Assembly: GCA_005879975.1 (NCBI GenBank)
Contig: VBIL01000002.1
Coordinates: 1 to 60,804 of the forward strand
Length of the DNA stretch: 60,804 nt
Origin: Chloroflexota bacterium
Lineage (GTDB): Bacteria; Chloroflexota; Limnocylindria; P2-11E
Direction: 5' to 3'
This document shows positions 18,776 to 27,932 of this stretch, piece by piece (the first letter of the stretch is position 1; each line of letters opens with the position of its first letter). The notes beneath the pieces were generated by a model that was not told the origin of the DNA, did no database searches, and worked only from the letters and a program-made list of their open reading frames with translations. The position numbers and the translations under genes were made by a program.

Positions 18776-20620
18776 GTGTGCGGGATAGTCGGTTACGTGG
18801 GACCGCGCGAGGCACTGCCGCTGCTCATGGGTGGCCTGCGGCGCCTCGAGTACCGCGGCTATGACTCGGCCGGAGTCGCCGTGCAGCAGAACGGGGCGCT
18901 CGAGGTCATGCGGGCGGAGGGCAAGCTCGACAACCTCGCGGCGATCGTCTCGGCACACCCCACCGCGGGACACACCGGGATCGGCCACACCCGCTGGGCG
19001 ACGCACGGCCGCCCGAGCGAGCAGAACGCTCATCCACATGTCGACTGCGGCGGCGTCACCGCGGTGATCCATAACGGGATCATCGAGAACTTCGAGGCGC
19101 TGAAGGCTCCACTCGTCGCGAAGGGCCACCGCTTCTCGAGCGAGACCGACACCGAAGTGGCGGTCCACATGCTCGAGGATGAGCTCACGAAAGGCCGTTC
19201 GCTCGAGGATGCGGCGCTTGCGGTGCTCCCGCGGCTCGAGGGCGCGGCGGCGCTCGCGTTCATTTCCTCGCGCGATCCGGGCAAGATCGTCGCCGCGCGC
19301 ATCTCGAACGCAGGCGGCGTGCTCGTGGGCTACGGCGAGGGAGAGAACTTCATCGCCTCGGACGCGCCAGCTCTCCTCGAGCACACGCGAAAGGTGAGCT
19401 TTCTCGACCACGGAGAGATCGCGATCGTCACAAAGGATGCCGTGTCGTTCCGCCGCATCTCGGGTGAAAAGCTCGAGAAGAAGGTCGAGACGATCACCTG
19501 GGATCCGATCGCCGCGGCGAAGTCCGGTTACAAGCACTTCCTTCTCAAGGAGATCCACGAGCAGCCCCGGGCGATCTCCGACACGCTGCTCGGCCGCGTC
19601 GAGCGTGCGACGGGCCGAGTGGTCTTCGACGATCTCGTGAAGCTGGACGACGCTTACGTGCGAGCGCTCCCGCGCATCACGTTCGTCGCCTGCGGCACGG
19701 CGTCTTACGCCGCGCTTGTCGGCAAGTACATCGTCGAGCGCCTCGCGCGGGTCCCCTGCGACGTCGAGATCGCGAGCGAGTACCGGTATCGCCAGCCAGT
19801 GGTTTCGCCGGGTCAGCTCGTCGTGGCTGTGACGCAGTCTGGCGAGACGGCTGACACGCTCGCCGCGATGGAGGAAGCCAAGCGGCAGGGCGCCCGGCTC
19901 TTGTCCTTCGTGAATGTCGTCGGTAGCCAGGCGAGCCGCGAGGCGGACGACGTCATTTACCTGCACGCGGGTCCAGAGATCAGCGTCGCCTCGACCAAGG
20001 CCTATGCGGCCATGCTCGTCGACCTCTACCTTTTCGCGATCTTCCTCGCGCAAAGGCGCGGCACGATCGATCAAGAGCGCTCACGCAAGCTCCTCGCGGA
20101 GGCGTTCCACCTACCAACTCTGGTCGACGCTGTGCTTCAGGAGGAGGGAAAGGTGCAGGCGATCGCGAACCGCTATCACCTGGCGCGCAACTTCCTTTTC
20201 TTGGGACGCGGGGTGAATTACCCGACCGCGCTCGAGGGCGCCCTCAAGCTGAAGGAGCTCTCCTACATCCACGCCGAGGGCACCGCCGCGGCGGAGATGA
20301 AGCACGGCACCAATGCTCTGATCGACGAGGATCTGCCAGTCGTCGCGATCGCGCTCAAGGACTCGGTCTACAAGAAGATGCGCAGCAACATGGAGGAAGT
20401 CCGGGCTCGCGCGGGCGTGCTGATCGCGGTCGCTAACGATGACGACGACGAGATAACCGGGAAGGCCGAAGAGATCATCCGCATCCCCAAGACCGAGGAG
20501 CTGCTCGAGCCGGTGCTGGCCGTCGTACCGTTGCAGCTGCTCGCGTATCACATCGCCGATCGCCGCGGGAACGACGTCGACCAGCCGCGCAATCTCGCGA
20601 AAGCAGTGACCGTCGAGTGA
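18776..20620 (+). CDS. glmS: Glutamine--fructose-6-phosphate aminotransferase
   Basis: MCGIVGYVG (Cys2 nucleophile) ...GHTRWATHG, two SIS domains and a C-terminal ...NLAKAVTVE. GTG 18776 abuts the glmM stop. Confidence 0.95.
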   Translation: MCGIVGYVGPREALPLLMGGLRRLEYRGYDSAGVAVQQNGALEVMRAEGKLDNLAAIVSAHPTAGHTGIGHTRWATHGRPSEQNAHPHVDCGGVTAVIHNGIIENFEALKAPLVAKGHRFSSETDTEVAVHMLEDELTKGRSLEDAALAVLPRLEGAAALAFISSRDPGKIVAARISNAGGVLVGYGEGENFIASDAPALLEHTRKVSFLDHGEIAIVTKDAVSFRRISGEKLEKKVETITWDPIAAAKSGYKHFLLKEIHEQPRAISDTLLGRVERATGRVVFDDLVKLDDAYVRALPRITFVACGTASYAALVGKYIVERLARVPCDVEIASEYRYRQPVVSPGQLVVAVTQSGETADTLAAMEEAKRQGARLLSFVNVVGSQASREADDVIYLHAGPEISVASTKAYAAMLVDLYLFAIFLAQRRGTIDQERSRKLLAEAFHLPTLVDAVLQEEGKVQAIANRYHLARNFLFLGRGVNYPTALEGALKLKELSYIHAEGTAAAEMKHGTNALIDEDLPVVAIALKDSVYKKMRSNMEEVRARAGVLIAVANDDDDEITGKAEEIIRIPKTEELLEPVLAVVPLQLLAYHIADRRGNDVDQPRNLAKAVTVE

Positions 20621-21096
20621 TCGTGGACGCGATGGCGCGGCGGGTGGCACGGGGGAGCGGGTTGCGCGCGAGCCGCGGGTTCCCCGGGGCCCCGCGCCGC
20701 CGGACACAACGCGCGCAGGACGCCGCGGGCGGCTGCGGGGAGGGTGCGGCGAGCGCGCGACCCCGACCCGCTACGCGGTCAGGGGCCCCTACCCCTGGGG
20801 ACAGGACCCGCCGCGCCTTGCACTACATATGAGCGTTCCGAGCGCGCGGCAACGTGCTCCATCTGTCGGGTCGCTGGGCCGCGAAGGAAGCCGTCTCGAA
20901 AGTTCTCGGACTCGGTGTTCGAGGCGTCGGATGGCGGGAGATCGAGATCCGCCGGACGCGCGCCGGTCAGCCGATCGTCGCACTTCATGGTCGTGCCGCG
21001 GCGCGGAGAGACGCTCTGGGACTCCGGGAGCCTCTGTCGGTGTCGATCTCGCACATCCGAGATCTGGCGGTCGCCGTCGCCGTGGGTCTGCGCTGA
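20617..21096 (+). pseudogene. acpS: Holo-ACP synthase; only the C-terminal 80 aa are readable in one frame
   Basis: ORF 20854-21096 (LSGRWAAKEAVSKVLG...WREIEI...SISHIRDLAVAVAV) matches the AcpS C-terminal half. A GTGA-coupled MIV... start sits at 20617. The 230 nt between them cannot be read as AcpS in any single frame, and no GxDxxE motif is present. Confidence 0.6.
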
Positions 21097-21978
21097 CCGA
21101 GAGATCGGCGACCCCGCTCGACGCGCGTGTCGTCCGGGCCGCGCTCAAGCCACTGCCGAAGGACGCTGGGAAAGAGGCGCGCGGGCGGGTACTCGTCGTC
21201 GGAGGATCGCTCCGCTATCCCGGTGCGACGCTTCTCGCGTCACGTGCGGCGCTACGCTGCGGCGCCGGCGTGGTGACGGTCGCGGCAGCGCGCACCGTCG
21301 TGGAAACGATCGCCGGGGAAGATCCCAACGTGACGTTCTTTCCGCTCGCGGAGTCGCAGCCGGGTGTCGTGGCGACCGGCGCAGCCGCCCAGCTTTCGAC
21401 CGTGGCCGGCGAGAGGATCCGGGCGCTCCTCATCGGCCCGGGACTCGCGCACGCGCCCGGGACCGACGATTTCGTCATCGCGGTGCTGCGCAACTCGCGA
21501 GCGACGCCGACCGTAGTCGATGCCGATGGGTTGAACGCGCTTGCCCGCACCGAAGGCTGGCGCGAGCTACTGCCGGCCAAGACCATCCTGACGCCCCACG
21601 ACGGTGAGGCGGCCCGCCTCGCTGGACGGGTCGTCCCGGGGGGTGCGGCGCGCGTCACCTTCGCGGAGCGGCACGCCCGCGATTGGGGCGCGATCCTCGT
21701 GCTCAAAGGACCGGTGACCGTGGTCAGTGACGGAAAGAAGACCTACGTGCACGATCAGCCGAACCCGACGCTTGGCGTCGGCGGCTCGGGCGACGCCCTG
21801 GGTGGCGCGGTCGCAGCGTTTCTGGCTCGCGGGCTCGCTCCGCTGGCGGCGGCGGCGACCGCGGTCTGGGTTCACGGGCGCGCCGGCGGGCTGCTCGCCG
21901 CCGAAGTTGGCGAGTCCGGCGCCCTGGCGACCGACATCGTCGAGGCTCTTCCCCGGGCGCTCCGTGAAATAGTCGAGC
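21093..21978 (+). CDS. nnrD: ADP-dependent NAD(P)H-hydrate dehydratase (YjeF C-terminal type), no in-frame stop
   Basis: Contains PLPKDAGKEARGRVLVVGGSLRYPGATLLASRAALRCGAGVV, ILTPHDGEAARL and GVGGSGDALGG. The only start-like codon is CTG 21093, overlapping the acpS TGA. The frame runs on into alr because the 3' end is missing. Confidence 0.7.
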
Positions 21979-23061
21979 AAGGCCGACGTCATCGCGGTCG
22001 TGAAGGCCGACGCCTACGGGCACGGCGCCGAGGCCGTCGCCGAGATCAGCTTCGAGGCCGGCGCTGTGATGGTGGCCGTCGCCACGGTCGAGGAAGGCCT
22101 CGCCCTTCGCGAGGCCGGCGTGAACGGTCCGATCCTCGTGTTCTTCGGGCCGACCGACTCCTCGGAGGTCGCGCACGCCGTCGCGCAGGATCTGGTCCTC
22201 ACCGTCTGGGACCAAGCTCGCGCGCGTGCCATCAGCGAGGCCGCGACGGCCCTCCGCCGGACGGCGCGCGTCCACTTCAAGGTGGATACCGGACTCACGC
22301 GGCTCGGCGCGCCGACGAGCGAAGCCGCGGAACGCCTGCGCGAGATACGCGCGCTCCCGCGCATCGAGGTCGACGGGATCTTCACGCACCTCGCGACCGC
22401 CGACGATCCCGACACCTCGAACGACCAGGCGCAGCTCGCACGATTTCAGGAGGTGCTTGGCGCGATCCAAGACCGCCCGCGGCTCGTGCATGCGGTGGCC
22501 AGCGCCGGCGTCGCCGCGTTCGGCCAGGTCGAAGGGGTGAACGCGGTGCGTCCGGGCCTCGCGATCTACGGGGTTCATCCCGCGGCGCACCTCGCGACCG
22601 CGCTCGTGCTGCGGCCCGCGCTCACATGGCACTCGCGCATCCACCGCATCGCGAGCGTGCCGAAAGGTACCGGCGTCTCGTACGGCCACGAATACCGTCT
22701 TCCGCGGGACGGGCGGATCGCCACGGTCCCCGTCGGCTACGGCGACGGGCTCCCACGCGTCGCCGGACAGCGCGGCGGCGTCCTCGTCCGCGGGCATCGC
22801 ATCGGCTTCGCCGGTCGGGTCTGCATGGACCTCGTGATGCTCGACGTCACCGAGATCGAAGATGCGCGCGAGGGCGACGACGTCGTCCTCATCGGCGCAC
22901 AGGCGGGCGCGAAGCAGAGCGCCGACGATCTCGCGGCGGCATGTGGGACGATCAACTACGAGATCCTTACCGGTATCCGTCGCCGCGTCCCGCGCCGCTA
23001 CTTCCGTAGCGGGAAGCTGGTCGCCACGCGCACGCTGGCGGAGGGGTATCACACCCGATGA
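21979..23061 (+). CDS. alr: Alanine racemase lacking about 30 N-terminal codons
   Basis: Similarity starts abruptly at KADVIAVVKADAYGHG (PLP lysine) and continues to the C-terminus, including TGLTRLG, VPVGYGDG and CMD. The annotated ORF starts at GTG 22000, one codon before the catalytic Lys. Confidence 0.85.
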   Translation, partial: KADVIAVVKADAYGHGAEAVAEISFEAGAVMVAVATVEEGLALREAGVNGPILVFFGPTDSSEVAHAVAQDLVLTVWDQARARAISEAATALRRTARVHFKVDTGLTRLGAPTSEAAERLREIRALPRIEVDGIFTHLATADDPDTSNDQAQLARFQEVLGAIQDRPRLVHAVASAGVAAFGQVEGVNAVRPGLAIYGVHPAAHLATALVLRPALTWHSRIHRIASVPKGTGVSYGHEYRLPRDGRIATVPVGYGDGLPRVAGQRGGVLVRGHRIGFAGRVCMDLVMLDVTEIEDAREGDDVVLIGAQAGAKQSADDLAAACGTINYEILTGIRRRVPRRYFRSGKLVATRTLAEGYHTR

Positions 23062-24995
23062 GACGCCGATACGCGGTCCTGCTCGCCACGATCCTTCTGG
23101 CCGGCGCCTGCGTCCCGCCCGCGACCAAGCCGAACGAATCGAGCGAGCCGCCATCCACGTACATCCCTTCCACCCCGACTCCGGTCGCGTCCGCGACCCT
23201 CACGTCGCTCGATATGACCGGAGCGCTTCTGGCGAAGCCGCTCCCGTACGCGGACGGATTCGTGTTGACGCGGACCGTCCGGGGACGGGACGGCAAGCCG
23301 GCAAAAGGATTCGAGCCGGTGCGAACGACGCCCCCGGTCGAGGACATCGGCACCCAGCGCGATTTCTGGACGTATGACTTCGCGGCGAAGAAGAACGTCA
23401 AGACCACGGCGACCCTTCGCCTGATGACCGATCACGCCAAGTGGTGGGCGGCGAACGACGCTAGCGTGGACCTCGGCGCGCTCCGCACCACAGCGTCGAG
23501 CTTCGAGGGCAAGATCTATCCGACCGACCGCCGTCTCTACGGGGAGGAGTGGTCGCCGGGCATCGACGGCGATCCGCGGATCAATCTCGTCTTCGCCCGG
23601 CTTCCCGGCTCGGCCGCGGGCTACTTCAGCGGCTCCGACGAGGAGCCGGCCTGGGTGAACGAGTTCTCCGCCGAGCGAGAGATGATCTACATCAACACGC
23701 TCTCGGCACGCCTGGGTTCGCCGCAGCTCGATTCGATCATCGCGCACGAGTTCTGTCACATGATCCAGTTCAACACCCGCCGGCGATCCGCCGTCTGGTT
23801 CAACGAGGGTCACGCGCAGCTTTGCGAGCAGGGGAATGGCTTCAGCCCCGGCACGGCGCAGACGTATCTGCGCTTACCCGATACGCAGCTCAACGATTGG
23901 TCCGACCTCGAGGCGGCCGCGGTCCACTACGGGCTGGCGTTCATGTTCCTCGAGTTCCTCCGTCAGCAGGCGGGCGGCGAGGACCTCATCCGCGCGATGA
24001 TGCAGAAGGGCATCGACACCCCCGCCGACATCGATGCGGTCCTCAAGCAGCGTGGCCAGCCCGGCGTCGAGGAGCTCTACGCGAACTTCGTTGCAGCCAA
24101 CGCGTTCCTCGGCACGACTCCGGACAAGCAGTACAGCTATCCCCAGACCGCACCGGCGCGTCAGGCCGCGAACGTCGTGCTCGGCGACACCGTGACGACC
24201 GGCGGCACATTCCGGTCCACGGTGCACGAGTACGCGGTCCGCTACGTCGAGCTTCCGCGGGCTCGCATGCAGGTCAAGTTCGACGGCTCGACGAGCAACC
24301 GCCTCATTCCCACCGACCCGCACTCGGGTCGTGCGTTCTGGTGGTCCGACAAGGGCGACGGCATGGACAGCACCCTGACCAAGGTGATCGACCTCCGCTC
24401 GGCGACGAACCCGCAGCTCGCCTTTTGGACGTGGTTCGACATCGAGGCCGACTACGACTACGCCTACGTAGAGGTCTCGAGCGACGACGGCGCACATTGG
24501 ACGCCCCTCCGAACCGAGTCCTCGACGAGCGCGGACCCGAACGGGCAGAACCTCGGGAACGGGATCACCGGCGGGTCGAGTGGCGCGAGCGCGACCGGCT
24601 GGCGGCACCTCACCGCCGACCTCACCCCGTATGCAGGCAAGCAGGTGCAGCTGCGGTTCCAATATGTGACCGACGGGAACCTGAACCTCGGAGGGTGGGC
24701 GATCGACGACATCGAGTTCTCTGGACAGGCCGTGGACGACGCGGAGAGTGAAAACGGCTGGACCGCTTCCGGGTTCGTGCGTTCGACGAATCTCGTCGCG
24801 CAGCGCTTTGTGGTTCAGGTCCTCCGCTTCGGCGACCGCCCGACGGTCGAGCGACACGCCGTGGACAATGGGCAGCTCACGCTCGACCTCGACACGAGCA
24901 CGGATCGGCGAGCGCCACTCCTCGCCGTGACCGGATTCGCCGTACGAACGACCCAGCCGACCAACTTCACGGTCAGCGCCGAAGCTCGGCCGTGA
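23058..24995 (+). CDS. Secreted lipoprotein, MA-clan zinc metallopeptidase with C-terminal beta-sandwich domain
   Basis: Has a signal peptide and lipobox (LLAGAC), HExxH in IIAHEFCHMIQF followed by WFNEGHA, and a C-terminal DYDYAYVEVSSDDGAHWTPL similar to InhA-type domains. ATGA-coupled to alr. Confidence 0.65.
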   Translation: MRRRYAVLLATILLAGACVPPATKPNESSEPPSTYIPSTPTPVASATLTSLDMTGALLAKPLPYADGFVLTRTVRGRDGKPAKGFEPVRTTPPVEDIGTQRDFWTYDFAAKKNVKTTATLRLMTDHAKWWAANDASVDLGALRTTASSFEGKIYPTDRRLYGEEWSPGIDGDPRINLVFARLPGSAAGYFSGSDEEPAWVNEFSAEREMIYINTLSARLGSPQLDSIIAHEFCHMIQFNTRRRSAVWFNEGHAQLCEQGNGFSPGTAQTYLRLPDTQLNDWSDLEAAAVHYGLAFMFLEFLRQQAGGEDLIRAMMQKGIDTPADIDAVLKQRGQPGVEELYANFVAANAFLGTTPDKQYSYPQTAPARQAANVVLGDTVTTGGTFRSTVHEYAVRYVELPRARMQVKFDGSTSNRLIPTDPHSGRAFWWSDKGDGMDSTLTKVIDLRSATNPQLAFWTWFDIEADYDYAYVEVSSDDGAHWTPLRTESSTSADPNGQNLGNGITGGSSGASATGWRHLTADLTPYAGKQVQLRFQYVTDGNLNLGGWAIDDIEFSGQAVDDAESENGWTASGFVRSTNLVAQRFVVQVLRFGDRPTVERHAVDNGQLTLDLDTSTDRRAPLLAVTGFAVRTTQPTNFTVSAEARP

Positions 24996-25903
24996 GCGAC
25001 GGGAACGGCGGGGTCCGGCCCGTCCGCTACGGCGTGATCCCAGCGGGCGGGCTCGGCACGCGCTTCCTTCCGATCAGCCGGACCGTTCCGAAGGAGCTGC
25101 TCCCAGTCATCGACACACCGGTCATCGAGATGGTCGTCTCGGAGCTTTCCGCAGCGGGTATCCCGCGCATCGTCATCGTGATCGCGCCGGGTAAGGAGGC
25201 GCTGGACGCGTACTTCCGTCCGAACGAGCGACTCGAGCGGCGCCTCGCGATCGAGTTCCGGCAGGACGACATCGCGCTCCTGAAGCGCCCCGAGAAGCTC
25301 GCCACCGTTCGAGTCGTCGTGCAGCAGGAAGCGAAAGGGAACGGGCACGCGGTCCTTCAGGCGAAACCGCTGGTCGGCGCCGAGCCGTTCGCGATGCTCT
25401 GGGGCGACGACATCGTTCTCAGCGAGACGCCGGCGGTCGCGCAGCTCATGGAAGCTCGCCAGCGCCTGGGTGGCGGGAGCGTCGTCGGCTGCATTCGCGT
25501 CCCCAAGGACAAGGTCTCGGCCTATGGGGTGGTGGCAGGCACGCCGGTTGACGAACGGACTGAGCGGGTCCTGGCGATCGTCGAGAAACCCTCGCCACAG
25601 GACGCTCCCAGCGATCTCGCGGCGGTCCACGGCTACGTGCTCGAGCCGGAAGTCTTCGAGGTCCTCGAGCACCTCCGTCCCGGGCGCAATGGCGAGATCT
25701 GGCTCACAGACGCTGTCAGCGAGCTCGCTCGCCAGGGTGCGGCCGTGTGGGCCGTCGAGCTCCAGGGGGTCCGATACGACACCGGGGACAAGCTCGGGTA
25801 CGTCAAAGCATTCGTCGACGCCGCGCTCGGGCGGGACGACATGGCTCCTCTCATGAAAGCGCACCTCAAAAGCCTCGGCTGGAAGGCTCCCGGAGAGCGC
25901 TAG
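24992..25903 (+). CDS. galU: UTP--glucose-1-phosphate uridylyltransferase
   Basis: Contains VIPAGGLGTRFLPISRTVPKELLPV, GNGHAV and VEKP. GTGA-coupled to the preceding gene. Confidence 0.85.
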   Translation: MSDGNGGVRPVRYGVIPAGGLGTRFLPISRTVPKELLPVIDTPVIEMVVSELSAAGIPRIVIVIAPGKEALDAYFRPNERLERRLAIEFRQDDIALLKRPEKLATVRVVVQQEAKGNGHAVLQAKPLVGAEPFAMLWGDDIVLSETPAVAQLMEARQRLGGGSVVGCIRVPKDKVSAYGVVAGTPVDERTERVLAIVEKPSPQDAPSDLAAVHGYVLEPEVFEVLEHLRPGRNGEIWLTDAVSELARQGAAVWAVELQGVRYDTGDKLGYVKAFVDAALGRDDMAPLMKAHLKSLGWKAPGER

Positions 25904-25907
25904 CGAT

Positions 25908-25926
25908 TGAGGGGCTATGCCCCTCA
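25908..25926 (+). terminator. 8-bp GC hairpin after galU (no U tract)
   Basis: The sequence is UGAGGGGC-UAU-GCCCCUCA, starting 5 nt after the stop codon. Confidence 0.25.
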
Positions 25927-26024
25927 GACCCCCGAGCCAGGCTCCCGTTACAATCCGCCGGCCCCCATTCGTACACATGGCATCGCCATGGCTTCCTTGC
26001 GGTGGGGCGGGGAGGCGTCACGGG

Positions 26025-27062
26025 ATGGGCCCGCGGCTCGTCATTTCTGCGACCCTACGGTTCGCGCGGCTTGCGCTCGTCAGCTACGTGGTGGCGGTCG
26101 GTACCTGGACGCTCTTGGGGCCGTCGCCCCTCACACCGCCCGCAGCGCTGGTCGCTCGGGTGGCTGCCGCGCCGCGCGGGAGCTCGTTCTCAGCTGATCG
26201 AGCGGCGGACGTCAGTGTCTCGGTCGATGGCTTGACTGCGACCGCCCGGACAGCAGGCACGGTGGAGGACGCGCTCCGCAGCCTCGGGCTCGCCGCCGTC
26301 GCCGGCGACCGCCTATCCGTCCCGGCCGATGCCTCGGTCCTTGCCGGCCACCGCATCGCTCTGGACCGTGGGCTGCCGGTGACGCTGCTTGACGGCGGCC
26401 GGCCGCTGGTCGCGCGAGCACCTCGCGGGACGGTCGCCGACCTCCTGGCCGCCACGGGCGTGACGCTCGGCCCGCTGGATGGGATCGACCGAGACATGGG
26501 AGCCCGGCTCGAGCCCGGCGACGTCGTCCAGATAACGCGCGTGACCGACCGCGTCGAAACCCTCGAGGAGACAGCGTCGTTCGATGTGCGCTACGTCCAG
26601 GATCCGAACCTCGACCGGCTGCGCCAGGTCGTAGTCATCCCCGGCGTCCCGGGCCAGCTCGTAAACACGTACCGCGTTCACCTCGTGAACGGCCTGGAAA
26701 TCGAGCGGGTCCTCCTGGCGTCGCTCGAGGTCACCGCGCCGACCCTGGAGGTCCGCCGGATCGGAACGCGGGCGCCGCAGGCCCCGTCCGAGATCGAGGC
26801 GATCATCCGCGACGCCGCCGTCCGCCAGGGCGCCGACGCTGAGCAGCTGTTGCGGGTGGCCTGGTGCGAGAGCCGCTTCAACCCGGGCGCCTACAACGCG
26901 TCCGGTGCCTCCGGACTCTTCCAGTTCATGCCGCGCACCTGGGTGTCGAACAGCCTCCGCGCAGGATACGAGGGCTCAAGCCCCTTCGATCCCGTTGCCT
27001 CAGCGAACGTCGCCGCGTGGATGTTCGCCCGCGGCGCCGCGAATCTCTGGTCGTGCAGGTGA
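26025..27062 (+). CDS. RpfB/YabE-like cell-wall hydrolase (TM anchor, DUF348-like repeats, G5-like region, lysozyme-like transglycosylase)
   Basis: ATG 26025 follows GGGGAGG. The C-terminus is AWCESRFNPGAYNASGASGLFQFMPRTW...GAANLWSC. It lies directly upstream of rsmA-ispE, as rpfB/yabE do. Confidence 0.7.
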   Translation: MGPRLVISATLRFARLALVSYVVAVGTWTLLGPSPLTPPAALVARVAAAPRGSSFSADRAADVSVSVDGLTATARTAGTVEDALRSLGLAAVAGDRLSVPADASVLAGHRIALDRGLPVTLLDGGRPLVARAPRGTVADLLAATGVTLGPLDGIDRDMGARLEPGDVVQITRVTDRVETLEETASFDVRYVQDPNLDRLRQVVVIPGVPGQLVNTYRVHLVNGLEIERVLLASLEVTAPTLEVRRIGTRAPQAPSEIEAIIRDAAVRQGADAEQLLRVAWCESRFNPGAYNASGASGLFQFMPRTWVSNSLRAGYEGSSPFDPVASANVAAWMFARGAANLWSCR

Positions 27063-27080
27063 GCGGCTAGCCTCACTTCC

Positions 27081-27932
27081 ATGGACGTCGCGGACCCCCG
27101 TGCGCTGCGCGACGCGCTGCGCCGTCACGGCATCCGCCCCGCGACCTCGCTCGGCCAGCGTTTCCTGGTCGATCGTGCGGCGCTCGCCGCGATCGTCGAC
27201 GCCGCCGACATCGGCCCGCACGACGACGTGCTCGAGATCGGGCCTGGTCCTGGCGCGCTGACCGCGGCGCTCGCCTCTCGCGCGCGGTCGGTCACCGCTG
27301 TCGAGATCGACGCACGCATGGTCGCCGTGCTCGAGGACACGCTGGCCGGTTACGACAACGTCCGTGTCGTCCGCGCCGATGCGCTGAGCGTCGACCTCTT
27401 CGTGGTCGGCCCGCGCGCCCCAACGCGGATCGTCGCGAATCTCCCGTATCAGATCACCACGCCGCTCCTCGAGCGCTTTCTCGCCGACCCGCGCCGTCCG
27501 CCCCTGATCGCCGTTCTCGTCCAGCTCGAGGTCGCTCGACGCATCTGCGCCACGCCCCGTGAAGGGCGCGAGCGCGGCTACCTGTCGGTCTTCGTCCAGT
27601 CCTTCGCCGAGCCCCGGATCGTGCGGCGCGTGCCGGCGCGCGCCTTCCGCCCGCCCCCGCGCGTCGACTCGGCAGTCGTCGCACTACGCACGCGCCCCGT
27701 TTCGGCTTTCGCGCCGCTCGCGCAGGAGCCGTTCCTCCGCTTGGTCAGCGATGCGTTCCGGCACCGTCGGAAGCAGCTGCGCTCGGCACTCGGCCACGAG
27801 GCCGGGATGGAACGCCAGCGCGCGACCGAGGTGCTCGCCCGCGCCGGCATCGCGCCGGAGCGCAGACCGGAGGAGCTCTCGCTCGACGAGTGGGTCGCGC
27901 TCGCAGCGGCCGCTGGGGTGCCGCTCGCGTGA
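27081..27932 (+). CDS. rsmA: 16S rRNA (adenine1518/1519-N6)-dimethyltransferase
   Basis: Contains LGQRFLVD, VLEIGPGPGALT and IVANLPYQITTP. Confidence 0.9.
   Translation: MDVADPRALRDALRRHGIRPATSLGQRFLVDRAALAAIVDAADIGPHDDVLEIGPGPGALTAALASRARSVTAVEIDARMVAVLEDTLAGYDNVRVVRADALSVDLFVVGPRAPTRIVANLPYQITTPLLERFLADPRRPPLIAVLVQLEVARRICATPREGRERGYLSVFVQSFAEPRIVRRVPARAFRPPPRVDSAVVALRTRPVSAFAPLAQEPFLRLVSDAFRHRRKQLRSALGHEAGMERQRATEVLARAGIAPERRPEELSLDEWVALAAAAGVPLA

Noticed and set aside
18760-18790. glmS ribozyme upstream of glmS
   Set aside because: The glmM stop and glmS start are adjacent, so there is no leader to hold a roughly 170-nt ribozyme.
18104-20074. 656-aa ORF on the minus strand
   Set aside because: It is antisense to the complete glmM/glmS genes and its translation is R/D/E/L-rich low complexity. 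It is a typical shadow ORF of a GC-rich genome.
20829-23009. 726-aa plus-strand ORF
   Set aside because: It is a composite. It runs out of frame over acpS, in frame through nnrD, then out of frame through alr (R-rich nonsense). This happens only because the nnrD stop is missing.
25904-26024. c-di-AMP (ydaO-type) riboswitch upstream of the Rpf-like hydrolase
   Set aside because: The leader is only about 120 nt. I could not find the pseudo-symmetric ydaO helices or its conserved ACGGGG/GAAUC-type blocks.
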